A stretch of DNA of 64,000 bases from Clostridia bacterium (GTDB lineage: Bacteria > Bacillota > Clostridia > RUG12999), in NCBI GenBank assembly GCA_017396395.1, contig JAFQMF010000014.1, positions 1,884-65,883 of the forward strand, read 5' to 3'. Below are positions 7,815-18,308 of the stretch, piece after piece. The translations under genes and the position numbers were made by a program. The notes below the pieces were generated by a model that was not told the DNA's origin, ran no database searches, and saw only the letters and a list, made by a program, of their open reading frames with translations. Positions within the stretch are counted from its first letter, which is position 1, and each line of letters opens with the position of its first letter.

Positions 7815-8672
7815 CTATTTTTTGTAGAAAATAACTGCAAATGCACCATCGCCGGTATTAATTCCGATTGTAGGACCAATGTAGGAAATGCCTGTTACTG
7901 TTATTCCTAAATTTTCTTCCATAGCATTTTTGAATTCTTCTGCTTTTTCAGGAATATCAGCGTGAACAATCCATATTTCAGAGGCATTTTCAATGCCTTC
8001 CTCTTTTGCAAGCTGAAGAAGCTTTGGAATAACCTTCTTTTTTCCTCGCACCTTTTCTTTTGACTCTACAAGTCCATCCTCAATAGAAAGTATAGGCTTA
8101 ATATCAAGAATGTCTGCAATAGTAGCAACAGAAGGTTTAATTCTTCCGCCTGCTTTCAAATATTTAAGATTATCAACCGCAAAAAGAGCAACCTGACGTT
8201 GAAGCATAGGATAAATTTTATCTAAAATCTGGGATTTATCAGCACCACTTTGTGCCATTTCTGCTGCAACTTCCGCAACTCGTCCATACATAAGGCTATA
8301 TGACATTGTGTCAATAACTTCCACATCCAGTTTTATTCCATCTTCTTCCAACATCTTGCAGGCAAGGTTTGCATTATTATATGTGCCGCTTCCTGCTTTA
8401 GATATAGTAAAGCATAAAACGGTGTCATAGCCTTCCTCAGCCGCCTCTTTATACGCATCATAAAAAGTGGTGGGAGAAATCTGTGAAGTGGTAGGAAGCT
8501 CAGACATTTCTTTCAGCTTTTTGTAAAATTCCTGATATTTAATATCATAATAGTCTAAAACAAGCTCTTCCCCAAACATAATATTTATGGGAAGTACTTT
8601 AATTCCGTATTTTTCAATAGCCTGGTAGCGTAAATCTCCCGCAGAGTCGCACATAATTTTAATTTTTGACAT
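7815..8672 (-). CDS. DegV-family fatty-acid-binding protein
   Basis: DSAGDL, PTTSQ, SGTYN, LKYLKAGGRI and IKPIL motifs. Confidence 0.92.
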   Translation of the reverse strand: MSKIKIMCDSAGDLRYQAIEKYGIKVLPINIMFGEELVLDYYDIKYQEFYKKLKEMSELPTTSQISPTTFYDAYKEAAEEGYDTVLCFTISKAGSGTYNNANLACKMLEEDGIKLDVEVIDTMSYSLMYGRVAEVAAEMAQSGADKSQILDKIYPMLQRQVALFAVDNLKYLKAGGRIKPSVATIADILDIKPILSIEDGLVESKEKVRGKKKVIPKLLQLAKEEGIENASEIWIVHADIPEKAEEFKNAMEENLGITVTGISYIGPTIGINTGDGAFAVIFYKK

Positions 8673-8693
8673 AACAATTCTCCTTACTGTATG

Positions 8694-9869
8694 TTATATT
8701 GATAACCATGCCTTAAGTACGTGATAAAAGGCTTGGAAAATATTCATTTTTTTTACTTCAACAGAGGTTTTTGCCTGTGTGGTAGAAACAAGCACATTAT
8801 CCACATATATATTAACTTTGCCTACCACACTGCCCTTTGGAACAGGGGCAACCAAGCTGTTATCAATTTCATATTCTGCCCTTACTAAACTTTTCTTGGA
8901 AGAGGGTATAAAGGCAGTTATATCCTTGTCACAGAAAAGAGCAACCTTAGACTTGTTGCCTCTTTGAACGTTAACATAAATTGTATTTCCCTCAGTGTCT
9001 TTCAAAATACCTTTTTTCTGTATAATTTCAGGAGTGAATGAGGAATAAGTATATTCAAAAAGATATTTTGCCTCAGAAAATCTGGTAGGACTGTCAGGAG
9101 CACCTAAAATAACACAAATAAGTTTAACATTATCCTTTTGTGCAGTAGCGGTAAGACAATATCCTGCTCCGTCTGTTGTACCTGTTTTAAGTCCCGTTGC
9201 ATACTGGTAGTTGGAAAGCAAGTTGTTTGTGTTAATAAGGGGGAAAGTACCATCCCGAAGGGTATCCGAAACAGTTGCGGAGTGAGCCATAATTCTTGGA
9301 TGATTAAGCAAAACCTCACGGGAGATTTTTGCAATATCACGAGCGGTAGAATAATGACCTTCTGCATCAAGACCGGAAGCGGTAACATAGTGGGTATCCT
9401 TTAAACCAAGCTTCTGTGCTCTTTTGTTCATAAGCTGTACAAAGGCTTCTTCCGACCCTGCAATATGCTCGGCAAGGGCAACAGCTGCATCGTTTGCACT
9501 TGGTATAGAGATACTCTTTAAAATATCATCAAGTGTCATTTTTTCACCGTCGTCAAGATATACACGGCTGCCGGGAGTTTCCTTTGCTGTTGCTGTTCCG
9601 GTAACAATTTCCGTAAGCTTAAGCTTTCCCTCCTCCAAATACTCATCTGCAATTAAAAGCACCATAAGCTTTGTTATACTTGCCATTGGCATTTTCTCAT
9701 CAGGATTTTTAGCCATAATTACATATCCTGTGTCTGCATCCATCAAAAGAATGGATTTTGCATCAAATGCATCAGGGTCAAGGTTGCAAAATGGCGAAGT
9801 TTGAGCATTTACACAAACAGATGAAAAACATAATATTAAAATCAGAATAACGCTGAATATTTTCTTCAT
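8694..9869 (-). CDS. D-alanyl-D-alanine carboxypeptidase (peptidase S11, DacA/DacF-like)
   Basis: Signal peptide; SxxK (ASITK), SAN and KTG motifs; C-terminal PBP5 domain. Confidence 0.92.
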   Translation of the reverse strand: MKKIFSVILILILCFSSVCVNAQTSPFCNLDPDAFDAKSILLMDADTGYVIMAKNPDEKMPMASITKLMVLLIADEYLEEGKLKLTEIVTGTATAKETPGSRVYLDDGEKMTLDDILKSISIPSANDAAVALAEHIAGSEEAFVQLMNKRAQKLGLKDTHYVTASGLDAEGHYSTARDIAKISREVLLNHPRIMAHSATVSDTLRDGTFPLINTNNLLSNYQYATGLKTGTTDGAGYCLTATAQKDNVKLICVILGAPDSPTRFSEAKYLFEYTYSSFTPEIIQKKGILKDTEGNTIYVNVQRGNKSKVALFCDKDITAFIPSSKKSLVRAEYEIDNSLVAPVPKGSVVGKVNIYVDNVLVSTTQAKTSVEVKKMNIFQAFYHVLKAWLSI

Positions 9870-9889
9870 ATATACAAATTCCTTTATTA

Positions 9890-11044
9890 TTAAAATACTA
9901 CAATAACACTTGTTTTAGCAGAGGAGGTAGTTATTTGCTTATAAGGTATTTGAAAAAAGTCAAGGACTTCTTCAACAGGAAGCATAGGTAGATTTCTCAG
10001 CACTATGCTGGCATCAGTATCCTGGGCACATACAAATTCGAATTTTTTACCTTCTCTGTTTGATATATAACCCTCATAATAATTTGAATATCCGTAATTG
10101 TTTTCCTCTGTTTCAACATGAGAGTAAAAGTCAGAACTGGGTATATGAATATAATAATCATAAAATCCGTAATATATGTCATTTTCCAGTGTGGGATGCA
10201 TAGTAAAATCCGCTTCACAGGCTTCCAAAATTTTAGCTATTCCATCTGCAGTCATATAAACTATGCCGTTATCCTTTATTATTGGTCTGCCTGTATCTGC
10301 AATAGGGAAAACCTGTCCGCCTGTTGTTTGAATACAGGTAAATGCATAATCTTTATAAGTAAATGGGTCAATATAATGCATACCATTATTTCTTTTTAGC
10401 TGGTATATTTTTAATCTAAGTAACATAGTAACCGCTTCTGCTCTTGTAAGGTATGAATAAGGAGCAAGCTCTCTTTTGTCATTACCCTGAATTATTTCGT
10501 GAGCAAAACAGGAGTATGCGGAAATTATATAAAGGTCATTAAAAAGGTCTCCTGAATCAGTAAAATGTTCAATTCCAACAAGTGCCTTTGCTGCATTTTT
10601 CTCGCTTAGCCGATGGGGCGGAGAAAGCTTAAGGCTTACTAAGGTATTATCAAAAAGCACATTTATCATAAGACGAAGTGCAGGAGAATCATAAAAGCCT
10701 ACTAATTCTTCCTGAGTAAAATTATTAAGTATTCCACATTCAAAGGCTTCGTTTACATATTCTGTGTACCACTGCTGACTATCTGTAATTTCAGGTCTGA
10801 GACCTGTAACAACAGGAACAAGCATAGCAAGCACTTCAGCTAATGTAATAGGGGAGTCCGGGTCAAACTTTCCTCCCGGATGTCCCTGAATAAGACCCAT
10901 AGCTGCAGCTTTTTCAATATATTCTTCGGCCCAGTGACCTGAAATATCACAGTAGGCGGGTGTATTTGCCGTAACAGCTACTGGAAATATCAAGCAAAAA
11001 AGCAAAATAAAAGATACAAGTTTGTTTATTAATTTTTTCATCAA
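9890..11044 (-). CDS. S-layer homology (SLH) domain protein
   Basis: Signal peptide; DISGHWAE..I..A...GLIQG...G.F.PD..IT.AE and TRAEA SLH motifs. Confidence 0.85.
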   Translation of the reverse strand: MMKKLINKLVSFILLFCLIFPVAVTANTPAYCDISGHWAEEYIEKAAAMGLIQGHPGGKFDPDSPITLAEVLAMLVPVVTGLRPEITDSQQWYTEYVNEAFECGILNNFTQEELVGFYDSPALRLMINVLFDNTLVSLKLSPPHRLSEKNAAKALVGIEHFTDSGDLFNDLYIISAYSCFAHEIIQGNDKRELAPYSYLTRAEAVTMLLRLKIYQLKRNNGMHYIDPFTYKDYAFTCIQTTGGQVFPIADTGRPIIKDNGIVYMTADGIAKILEACEADFTMHPTLENDIYYGFYDYYIHIPSSDFYSHVETEENNYGYSNYYEGYISNREGKKFEFVCAQDTDASIVLRNLPMLPVEEVLDFFQIPYKQITTSSAKTSVIVVF

Positions 11045-11252
11045 AATATCTTACTTTTTTAATTTAAAATTAAAAAAAGCATTCCTTTCAAGTGAAAATA
11101 TATACAGATATATTATATAATAATGGGGAGTTTTTGTCAATAAGAAATGCCCTTTGCATTTGAATTTTAATACCTGCGTAAAAATAATGACAAAAAAACA
11201 AAAATATGTTATAAACCGCTTTTTTTAAAGTTGCCAATAGGGGAAAATAGTA

Positions 11253-11281
11253 TTGACACTAACTGGAAAATAAAGTATAAT
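11253..11281 (+). promoter_or_regulatory. sigma-A promoter of alaS
   Basis: TTGACA-17 bp-TATAAT, perfect consensus. Confidence 0.8.
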
Positions 11282-11309
11282 AATAAGTAGATTATTTTTT
11301 TGAAAGGCA

Positions 11310-13949
11310 ATGAGTAGTATGGAAAAATTAGGACTTAATGAAATACGTGAAAGATATCTTTCTTTTTTTGAAGGCAAGGGACATCTTCGTATGCCCTCAT
11401 TCTCTTTAGTTCCGCAAAATGACCCAAGTCTTTTGCTGATTAATGCAGGTATGGCACCTTTAAAGCCTTATTTTACAGGAGCAAGAATTCCTCCCAGAAA
11501 AAGGGTTACTACTTGCCAGAAATGTATCAGAACTCCCGATATTGAGAGAGTTGGACATACTGCACGTCACGGCACTTTTTTTGAAATGCTGGGAAACTTC
11601 TCTTTCGGGGATTATTTTAAACATGAAGCTACTGCATGGGCATGGGAATTTATTACAAAAGACCTTAAAATGCCTGTAGATAAGCTTTGGGTTACTATAT
11701 ATCTTGATGATGATGAAGCCTTTGATATATGGACAAAGGAAGTAGGAGTTGACCCTTCTCATATTGTAAGATTAGGTAAGGAAGACAACTTCTGGGAACA
11801 TGGTACAGGTCCTTGCGGTCCCTGTTCTGAAATCTATTTTGACAGAGGGGTTGAAAAGGCTTGCAGTCCTGACTGTAAACTGGGATGCGACTGTGACCGA
11901 TATGTGGAATTCTGGAACCTTGTTTTCACTCAGTTTGACAAGGACGAAGAGGGTAATTATAACCGCCTTCCAAATCCTAATATTGATACAGGTATGGGAC
12001 TTGAACGTCTTGCTGCTATTATGCAGGGTGTTGACAACTTATTTGAAGTAGATACTGTAAGAAATATTATGATGCATATCTGTGATATTGCAGGTGTTAA
12101 GTATAATGATAATGAAAATACAGACGTTTCATTAAGAGTTGTAACTGACCATATCAGAAGCACTACAATGATGATTAGTGACGGCGTTCTTCCTTCAAAT
12201 GAAGGCAGAGGATATGTTCTTCGCAGACTTCTTAGAAGAGCTGCCCGTCATGGAAGACTTCTTGGAATTAAAGGTGCTTTTCTTGCAGATGTTGCAGGTA
12301 CTGTAATTAAAGAATCAGGAAACGCATATCCGCAGCTTGTGGAAAAGGCTGATTATATTAAAAAGATTATCAGCGTTGAAGAAGGAAGATTTAACGAAAC
12401 TATAGATAATGGTCTTCTTATATTGAACGAATATATTGACCAGACTAAAAAAGAGGGCAAATCCTCTCTTTCGGGGGAAAAGGCATTTAAGCTTTATGAT
12501 ACCTATGGATTTCCTCTTGACTTAACTGTGGAAATTCTTGCTGAGCAGGACTTATCAGTTGATAAAGAAGAATTTGACAGACTTATGCAGAACCAGAAGG
12601 ATACTGCACGTACTTCCAGAAAAGACGGCTCTTCATGGGATGCTGCCGATACAGCATATATCAGTGTAACAGAAGCTACAAACTTTGTAGGATATGAAAA
12701 TGATACACAAAAGGGTAAAATTCTTTTCCTTGCAACAGGAGGAGAGGGTGTTTCAACACTTAGTGCAGGTATGGAAGGTATTATCATTACCGATACAACC
12801 GTATTCTATGGCGAAGGCGGAGGGCAGGTAGGAGATACAGGTATAATTATAGGTGATAAAGGTAAGGCACAGGTAATTGATACAAAGAAAAATCACGATG
12901 GCGTTTATATGCATATTGCAAAGGTGCTTGAAGGTGAATTTAACTTGGAACAAACCGTAACCCTTGCAATTGATAAAGACAGAAGAGATGCTGTTTCCCG
13001 CAACCATTCCACAACACATATGTTGCAAAAAGCACTTAAAATGGTACTGGGAGGCCATGTTGAACAAGCAGGCTCTTATGTTGATGAAAAACGTCTTAGA
13101 TTTGATTTTGCTCATTTTGAAGCTATGACTCCGGACCAGATTGCTCAGGTTGAGGATATTGTTAATAAAGAAATTCTTGCTGGGGATGTTATCACTACTC
13201 AGGTGCTCCCCATAAATGAAGCTAAAAAACTGGGAGCAACAGCATTATTCGGTGAAAAATACGGTGACAATGTGCGTGTTGTAAAAATGGGAGATTTCAG
13301 TATTGAGTTTTGTGGTGGTTGCCATCTTACCAATACTGCAAATGCAGGAATGTTCAAGCTTCTTAGTGAAACAGGTGTTGCTGCAGGCGTAAGAAGAATT
13401 GAAGGTGTTACAGGACTTGGAGTTTTAGAATATATAAGAGAGAAAAATGCCCTTATTTCTAAGACTGCGGAAGCTTTAAAAACAACAGAGGGAGAACTTA
13501 TAACAAGAGCAAACGGAGTTATAAATGAAATCCGTGATTTGAAAAGTGAGCTTGAAGCTGCTAAATCCAAGCTTGCAGGGGGAATGCTTGATGAAATTAT
13601 TTCTCTTGCTCAGGTTAAAGAGGGAGTAAGTGTTATTGCTACACCCGTAAAAGGTATGAAGGGTGATGAGCTTAGAACTCTTTGCGACAAAATTAAGGAT
13701 AAGCTTCCTTGTTCTGCTATGATTATAGCAAGCGAGTCAGATGGCAAGATTACCTTTGTAGGTATGGCAACAAAAGAAGCTGTAGCAAAGGGAATTCATA
13801 TTGGAAATACCATTAAAGCTGCCACTTTGGTTGTTGGCGGTAACGGTGGCGGAAAGCCTGATATGGCTCAGGGTGCTGGTAAGGATGTTTCCAAGATAAA
13901 TGACGCAATAGAAGTGGCAAAGCAAACTCTTCTTGATATGATTAAATAG
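11310..13949 (+). CDS. alaS: Alanine-tRNA ligase
   Basis: NAGM, TFFEMLGNFSFGDYFK and DTGMGLER motifs, editing HxxxH and CGGxH, C-terminal GGG motif. The start may be ATG 11319. Confidence 0.98.
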   Translation: MSSMEKLGLNEIRERYLSFFEGKGHLRMPSFSLVPQNDPSLLLINAGMAPLKPYFTGARIPPRKRVTTCQKCIRTPDIERVGHTARHGTFFEMLGNFSFGDYFKHEATAWAWEFITKDLKMPVDKLWVTIYLDDDEAFDIWTKEVGVDPSHIVRLGKEDNFWEHGTGPCGPCSEIYFDRGVEKACSPDCKLGCDCDRYVEFWNLVFTQFDKDEEGNYNRLPNPNIDTGMGLERLAAIMQGVDNLFEVDTVRNIMMHICDIAGVKYNDNENTDVSLRVVTDHIRSTTMMISDGVLPSNEGRGYVLRRLLRRAARHGRLLGIKGAFLADVAGTVIKESGNAYPQLVEKADYIKKIISVEEGRFNETIDNGLLILNEYIDQTKKEGKSSLSGEKAFKLYDTYGFPLDLTVEILAEQDLSVDKEEFDRLMQNQKDTARTSRKDGSSWDAADTAYISVTEATNFVGYENDTQKGKILFLATGGEGVSTLSAGMEGIIITDTTVFYGEGGGQVGDTGIIIGDKGKAQVIDTKKNHDGVYMHIAKVLEGEFNLEQTVTLAIDKDRRDAVSRNHSTTHMLQKALKMVLGGHVEQAGSYVDEKRLRFDFAHFEAMTPDQIAQVEDIVNKEILAGDVITTQVLPINEAKKLGATALFGEKYGDNVRVVKMGDFSIEFCGGCHLTNTANAGMFKLLSETGVAAGVRRIEGVTGLGVLEYIREKNALISKTAEALKTTEGELITRANGVINEIRDLKSELEAAKSKLAGGMLDEIISLAQVKEGVSVIATPVKGMKGDELRTLCDKIKDKLPCSAMIIASESDGKITFVGMATKEAVAKGIHIGNTIKAATLVVGGNGGGKPDMAQGAGKDVSKINDAIEVAKQTLLDMIK

Positions 13950-13979
13950 TTTTTCTGGGGGAAAAAGGAGGAAAAGCAA

Positions 13980-14321
13980 ATGGAAGATTGTCTTTTTTGT
14001 AAAATTATAAAGGGTGAAATTCCTTCAAGTAAGGTTTTTGAAAATGAATATGTATATGCATTTAATGATATAAACCCTGTTGCCCCAGTGCATATTCTTG
14101 TTATTCCGAAAGAGCATATTTGCTGTGCCGACAAGGTAGATGAAAAAAACAGCATTTATATTGCAAAGGTATTTGAAGCCATTTCCCAAATTGCAAAAAA
14201 TCTTGACCTTAAAGAGGGATACCGAATTGTAAACAATTGCGGCGAAAATGCAGGGCAGACTGTTTTTCATATGCATTTTCATTTAATTGCCGGCACAAAC
14301 TTTGGCTGGCCACCATGCTAA
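13980..14321 (+). CDS. Histidine triad (HIT/HinT) nucleotide-binding protein
   Basis: CLFC and GQTVFHMHFHL motifs. Confidence 0.93.
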   Translation: MEDCLFCKIIKGEIPSSKVFENEYVYAFNDINPVAPVHILVIPKEHICCADKVDEKNSIYIAKVFEAISQIAKNLDLKEGYRIVNNCGENAGQTVFHMHFHLIAGTNFGWPPC

Positions 14322-14386
14322 AGATTAGAGTTTGAGGTCTTTAAACTCAGAAAGGAAGCTTTCCCTGGAAAGACATATGAAAAGTA

Positions 14387-14959
14387 ATGAAAAGTAACTT
14401 TTTTGCCTTTTTAAGCAGAATGAAATATATTAACCGCTGGGGACTTATGCGTAACAGCTATGTGGAAAATATTCAGGAGCACAGCTTGCAGGTAGCAATG
14501 ATTGCTCACGGACTTGCGGTTATAAGAAACAAATATTATGGCGGAAATGTGGACGCCAGAACAGTGGCAACCGTTGCTATGTACCACGATGCCAGCGAAA
14601 TTATAACAGGTGATTTGCCTACCCCTGTAAAATATCATAATAAAGAAATAATTTCTTCGTATAAAGATTTGGAGAAGATGGCAAACGAAAAAATTATTGG
14701 ATTTTTACCTGATAAAATGAAAGAAGACTATAAAGATATTTTCTTTTGCAGGGATGAAGAAATTTGTAAAATTGTAAAAGCGGCAGACAAACTGGGAGCT
14801 TATATTAAATGTATTGAGGAAACTAATGCAGGCAATAATGAGTTTTCTACTGCAAAAGAATCCGTTGGCAATTGGCTTGATAACTGTGATTTGCCGGAGG
14901 TAAAATTTTTTATGGAAAACTTTCTGGAAGGCTTTTCACTTACCCTTGACCAGATGTAG
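14387..14959 (+). CDS. yfbR: HD-domain 5'-deoxynucleotidase (YfbR-like)
   Basis: RMKYINRWGLMRN, EHS, YHD, TGDLPTPVKY and VKAADK motifs. Confidence 0.88.
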   Translation: MKSNFFAFLSRMKYINRWGLMRNSYVENIQEHSLQVAMIAHGLAVIRNKYYGGNVDARTVATVAMYHDASEIITGDLPTPVKYHNKEIISSYKDLEKMANEKIIGFLPDKMKEDYKDIFFCRDEEICKIVKAADKLGAYIKCIEETNAGNNEFSTAKESVGNWLDNCDLPEVKFFMENFLEGFSLTLDQM

Positions 14960-14971
14960 GAGATTATTTAT

Positions 14972-16633
14972 ATGAGTATTGTTAGAGATGACAGAGTCAG
15001 AGATTATATAATGCCGAAAAAAGTGATTTTTACAACAGGAGATACTGTGGAAAATCATAGCAGACTTCTTGATAATTCTAAAGCTCCTCAGGCATCCTTT
15101 GATGGAAGTAATGTTACCCTGTTAAAACCTCAGGGTGGATTTTTGCTTGATTTTGGAAAGGAATATCACGGCGGTGTGCAGATTATTGTGCAGAATATCG
15201 GAGAAAGTGCTGAGGGTAAACAGGCAAAACTCCGTGTTCGTTTTGGTGAATCTGCTATGGAGGCAATGAGTAATATTGGCGAAAAAGGTGCTACAAATGA
15301 CCATTCTCCCAGAGATGTGGAAATCGCTGTTTCTCAGCTTGGAAGTGTTGAGGTGGGAGCTACTGCTTTTCGTTTTGTAAGAATAGATTCCCTTTATGAC
15401 GGAGAAATTTCTATAAAGCTTGTAAGAGCAGTATATCTTCACAGAGACCTTGAGTACAAGGGGAGCTTTAAATGTAATGATGAGCTTTTAAATGAGATAT
15501 GGAAAGTAGGTGCCTATACAGTAGAACTAAATATGGGAGATTATGTATGGGACGGAGTGAAAAGGGACCGACTTGTGTGGATAGGGGATATGCATCCCGA
15601 AACCTCCACAATTCAGGCAGTTTTTGGGTATGATAAGGCGGTGCCTAAAAGTCTTGATTTAGTAAAGGCAGATACAAAACCCACATCCTGGATGAACGGA
15701 ATACCGTCTTACTCTCTTTGGTGGATAAGAATTCAGCACGACTGGTATATGCACACAGGAGATAAAGAGTATCTTCTTTGCCAAATAGATTACTTAAAAC
15801 AGCTTATAGATAATATTTCAGCACATATAAAAGAAGACGGAACAAATGATATAGGGGAAGGAAGATGGATAGGATATTTTATAGACTGGCCTACATCTGA
15901 AAATCCCGTTGCCCAAAGGGGCGGTGTACATGCTATTTTAGTGCAGGCTTATAAAGATGCTAAAGAAATCTTTACTGAAACAAATGAAAATGAGTATGCA
16001 GTAAAATGTGAAAAAATTCTTTTTTATCTTGAAAAGAATAAGCCATCTCACGGAAACAGCAAGGCGGCGGCATCTCTTTTGGCTCTTAGTAAGGTGCTGG
16101 ATGCAAAACAGGTTAATGAAACCCTTTTAAAAGAAAATCCATATAGTGATATATCAACTTTTTTAGGATATTATGTTTTAAAAGCAAGAGATCTGGCAGG
16201 GGATACAGAAGGTGCTCTTGACCTTATAAGAGTGTTCTGGGGTGAAATGTTAAAGCTTGGTGCTACCACCTTCTGGGAAGATTTCAATATGGACTGGTCA
16301 AAGGGTGCAAAGTCTATTGACACCATATTAAAAGAAGGCGAATATGATGTTCACGGAGATAACGGTGCATATTGCTATAAAGGATACCGCCACAGCTTTT
16401 GTCACGGCTGGGCATCAGGGCCTACCGCTTTTCTTTCAGAATGTGTGCTTGGTATAAGACCGGCTGAGCCAGGCTTTAAAAAGGTAAACATTAAACCTTC
16501 TCTTGGTAATTTGCAGTATGCAGAAGGAGAATATCCTACTCCATACGGAAGTATTTACGTAAAGCACGAAAAACAATCTGACGGAAGTATTAAAACTGAT
16601 GTTAAACTTCCTGAGGGTGTAGAAATTGCATAA
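14972..16633 (+). CDS. Alpha-L-rhamnosidase-like glycoside hydrolase (GH78)
   Basis: DGVKRDRLVWIGD, GATTFWE, SFCHGWASGP and PTPYG motifs; no signal peptide. Confidence 0.85.
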   Translation: MSIVRDDRVRDYIMPKKVIFTTGDTVENHSRLLDNSKAPQASFDGSNVTLLKPQGGFLLDFGKEYHGGVQIIVQNIGESAEGKQAKLRVRFGESAMEAMSNIGEKGATNDHSPRDVEIAVSQLGSVEVGATAFRFVRIDSLYDGEISIKLVRAVYLHRDLEYKGSFKCNDELLNEIWKVGAYTVELNMGDYVWDGVKRDRLVWIGDMHPETSTIQAVFGYDKAVPKSLDLVKADTKPTSWMNGIPSYSLWWIRIQHDWYMHTGDKEYLLCQIDYLKQLIDNISAHIKEDGTNDIGEGRWIGYFIDWPTSENPVAQRGGVHAILVQAYKDAKEIFTETNENEYAVKCEKILFYLEKNKPSHGNSKAAASLLALSKVLDAKQVNETLLKENPYSDISTFLGYYVLKARDLAGDTEGALDLIRVFWGEMLKLGATTFWEDFNMDWSKGAKSIDTILKEGEYDVHGDNGAYCYKGYRHSFCHGWASGPTAFLSECVLGIRPAEPGFKKVNIKPSLGNLQYAEGEYPTPYGSIYVKHEKQSDGSIKTDVKLPEGVEIA

Positions 16634-16636
16634 AAC

Positions 16637-16672
16637 AAAAGCTCAAAAATCCCTTAGGATTTTTGAGCTTTT
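16637..16672. terminator. Bidirectional intrinsic terminator
   Basis: AAAAGCTCAAAAATCC-ctta-GGATTTTTGAGCTTTT between convergent genes. Confidence 0.85.
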
Positions 16673-16680
16673 TTGTTTCT

Positions 16681-17889
16681 TTACTGTGCAGGAGTAATAA
16701 TATCCTTTCCGTTTTCATCTACCCCATCATCTCTGTACTGGTAGTCTATAGGCTCCTGATCTTCTTCTAAAGGTTTATGACTTGCTTCGATTTCAAGCAG
16801 CATTTCGTCAATTGCATCGGTATCTGCAATGTAGTATGAAACCCCGTTTATATCCTTTGCCTCACCGGGAAGCTGATATGTATTAATAGAGTTAACATCA
16901 AATTTTGACACAAAGCTTGCATACTGGAGTGCATCCTGCAGACTAATATTTGTATCAACAAAATCCATAACGGCAGGGATTATCTCTTTGTATTTTTTAA
17001 TTAAATCCGAATTAAGCTTCTGCTTGTATAGAGCCATTACAAAGTCGCGTTGAACCTGTGTTCTTGCAATATCTCCCATGGGATAACGCCTGAAACGCAC
17101 AAGCTGTTCAGCTTTGTCGCCGTCAAGGTGTTGCTGACCTTCTTTAAGATTTATATACAAATCCTGTTCAGGGTCACTATAATGCATATCCTGAGGAACA
17201 TAAAAATCAACACCGCCAATAGCGTCAATCACATTACGGAAGCCTTCGTAATTCATAAATACATAGTTATCAATTTTAACTCCCATAAGATTTTCTACCT
17301 GTTCAACAAGAAAATCTTCATCCCCGATATGTAAAGAAGCATTAATTCTGTGATATCTGTCACCAATTTTAATGCGTGTATCACGAAGGATTGAAATAAT
17401 ATCTACACTTTTAGTCTGTGCATCAAGCTGCACAAGCATTATTACGTCAGCATTGATTTTCTGCTTGTCCGAGCCGATAACCAGTACATTTTTATCAGTA
17501 AGCATAACAGGAGAAACTTCATCTACAATTTCAACAAAAAATTCCACTGAGTCACTCCAAGCAATTTTTGCGGCTTCAGAAGAAGAAAATCCATTTTTTC
17601 TTAAAGATATGTAATCATAAGCAAATATGCCCGCTCTCCAGGCTACCAGCATTAGTGCCGCTACAAGAAGCGTCAAGAAAAGGGAGCGAAGAAAAGTTTT
17701 AAAATGAAATTTATACTTTTTCCTGCGTCGTCTTTTTGGAGCAGAAACAGGAATTTCTTCCTTCATATACTCCTCATATACTTCATCTTTTGGCAATTGA
17801 ATTTCTTCGTTTAAAATGATTTCTTCGTCTGCTTCTATATTGTTCTGAGAAAGATTGTTTTCTTCACCATTAAATTCATTATAATTCAT
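16681..17889 (-). CDS. LCP (LytR-CpsA-Psr) family cell-wall glycopolymer ligase
   Basis: Single TM helix, then NVLVIGSD, SILRDT, IDAIGGVD, VRFR and GDIAR motifs. Confidence 0.9.
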   Translation of the reverse strand: MNYNEFNGEENNLSQNNIEADEEIILNEEIQLPKDEVYEEYMKEEIPVSAPKRRRRKKYKFHFKTFLRSLFLTLLVAALMLVAWRAGIFAYDYISLRKNGFSSSEAAKIAWSDSVEFFVEIVDEVSPVMLTDKNVLVIGSDKQKINADVIMLVQLDAQTKSVDIISILRDTRIKIGDRYHRINASLHIGDEDFLVEQVENLMGVKIDNYVFMNYEGFRNVIDAIGGVDFYVPQDMHYSDPEQDLYINLKEGQQHLDGDKAEQLVRFRRYPMGDIARTQVQRDFVMALYKQKLNSDLIKKYKEIIPAVMDFVDTNISLQDALQYASFVSKFDVNSINTYQLPGEAKDINGVSYYIADTDAIDEMLLEIEASHKPLEEDQEPIDYQYRDDGVDENGKDIITPAQ

Positions 17890-18021
17890 TTTTAAATTCC
17901 CCTTGTTAGTGTTTATAATGAGATATATTAAAGTATATCATTACTATAAATTAAAGTCAAGGAATTTACAAAAAATTTACACAATAGAAATATTTGGGTA
18001 ATAGGCTAATAAAAAAATAAA

Positions 18022-18048
18022 AAAATCCTATCTTTTCGATAGGATTTT
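18022..18048 (-). terminator. Terminator downstream of tRNA-Pro
   Basis: AAAATCCTATC...GATAGGATTTT hairpin with an adjacent A-run, which reads as a U-tract on the minus strand. Confidence 0.7.
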
Positions 18049-18054
18049 CGTTTT

Positions 18055-18130
18055 TGGTCGGAGTGACAAGACTTGAACTTGCGGCCCCTAGACCCCCAGT
18101 CTAGTGCGCTACCAGCTGCGCCACACCCCG
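18055..18130 (-). tRNA. tRNA-Pro (GGG)
   Basis: Minus strand reads CGGGGTGTGGCGCAGCTGGTAGCGCACTAGACTGGGGGTCTAGGGGCCGCAAGTTCAAGTCTTGTCACTCCGACCA: 76 nt, anticodon arm CTAGA-CTGGGGG-TCTAG, TTC loop, encoded CCA. Confidence 0.95.
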
Positions 18131-18223
18131 ATCTTTTACAACTGACTATGATATTATACCATAGTTTTTTTGAAAATGCAATACCTAATTTGAAAAAATA
18201 TAAATTTTTTTTGTAAAATAATG

Positions 18224-18252
18224 TTGCAAATATTTCCAGATTGTGTTATAAT
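18224..18252 (+). promoter_or_regulatory. sigma-A promoter
   Basis: TTGCAA-17 bp-TATAAT with an extended TG. Confidence 0.7.
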
Positions 18253-18308
18253 TATAACAAGTATGTTTATGCTTAAAATTTAAAGCTTTTGAAAGGAGCA
18301 GATAGAAT

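Noticed and set aside
18055-18130. tRNA-Pro as an integration site for an island or prophage
   Set aside because: No integrase nearby, no duplicated tRNA 3' end noticed, and the flanks are ordinary chromosomal genes.
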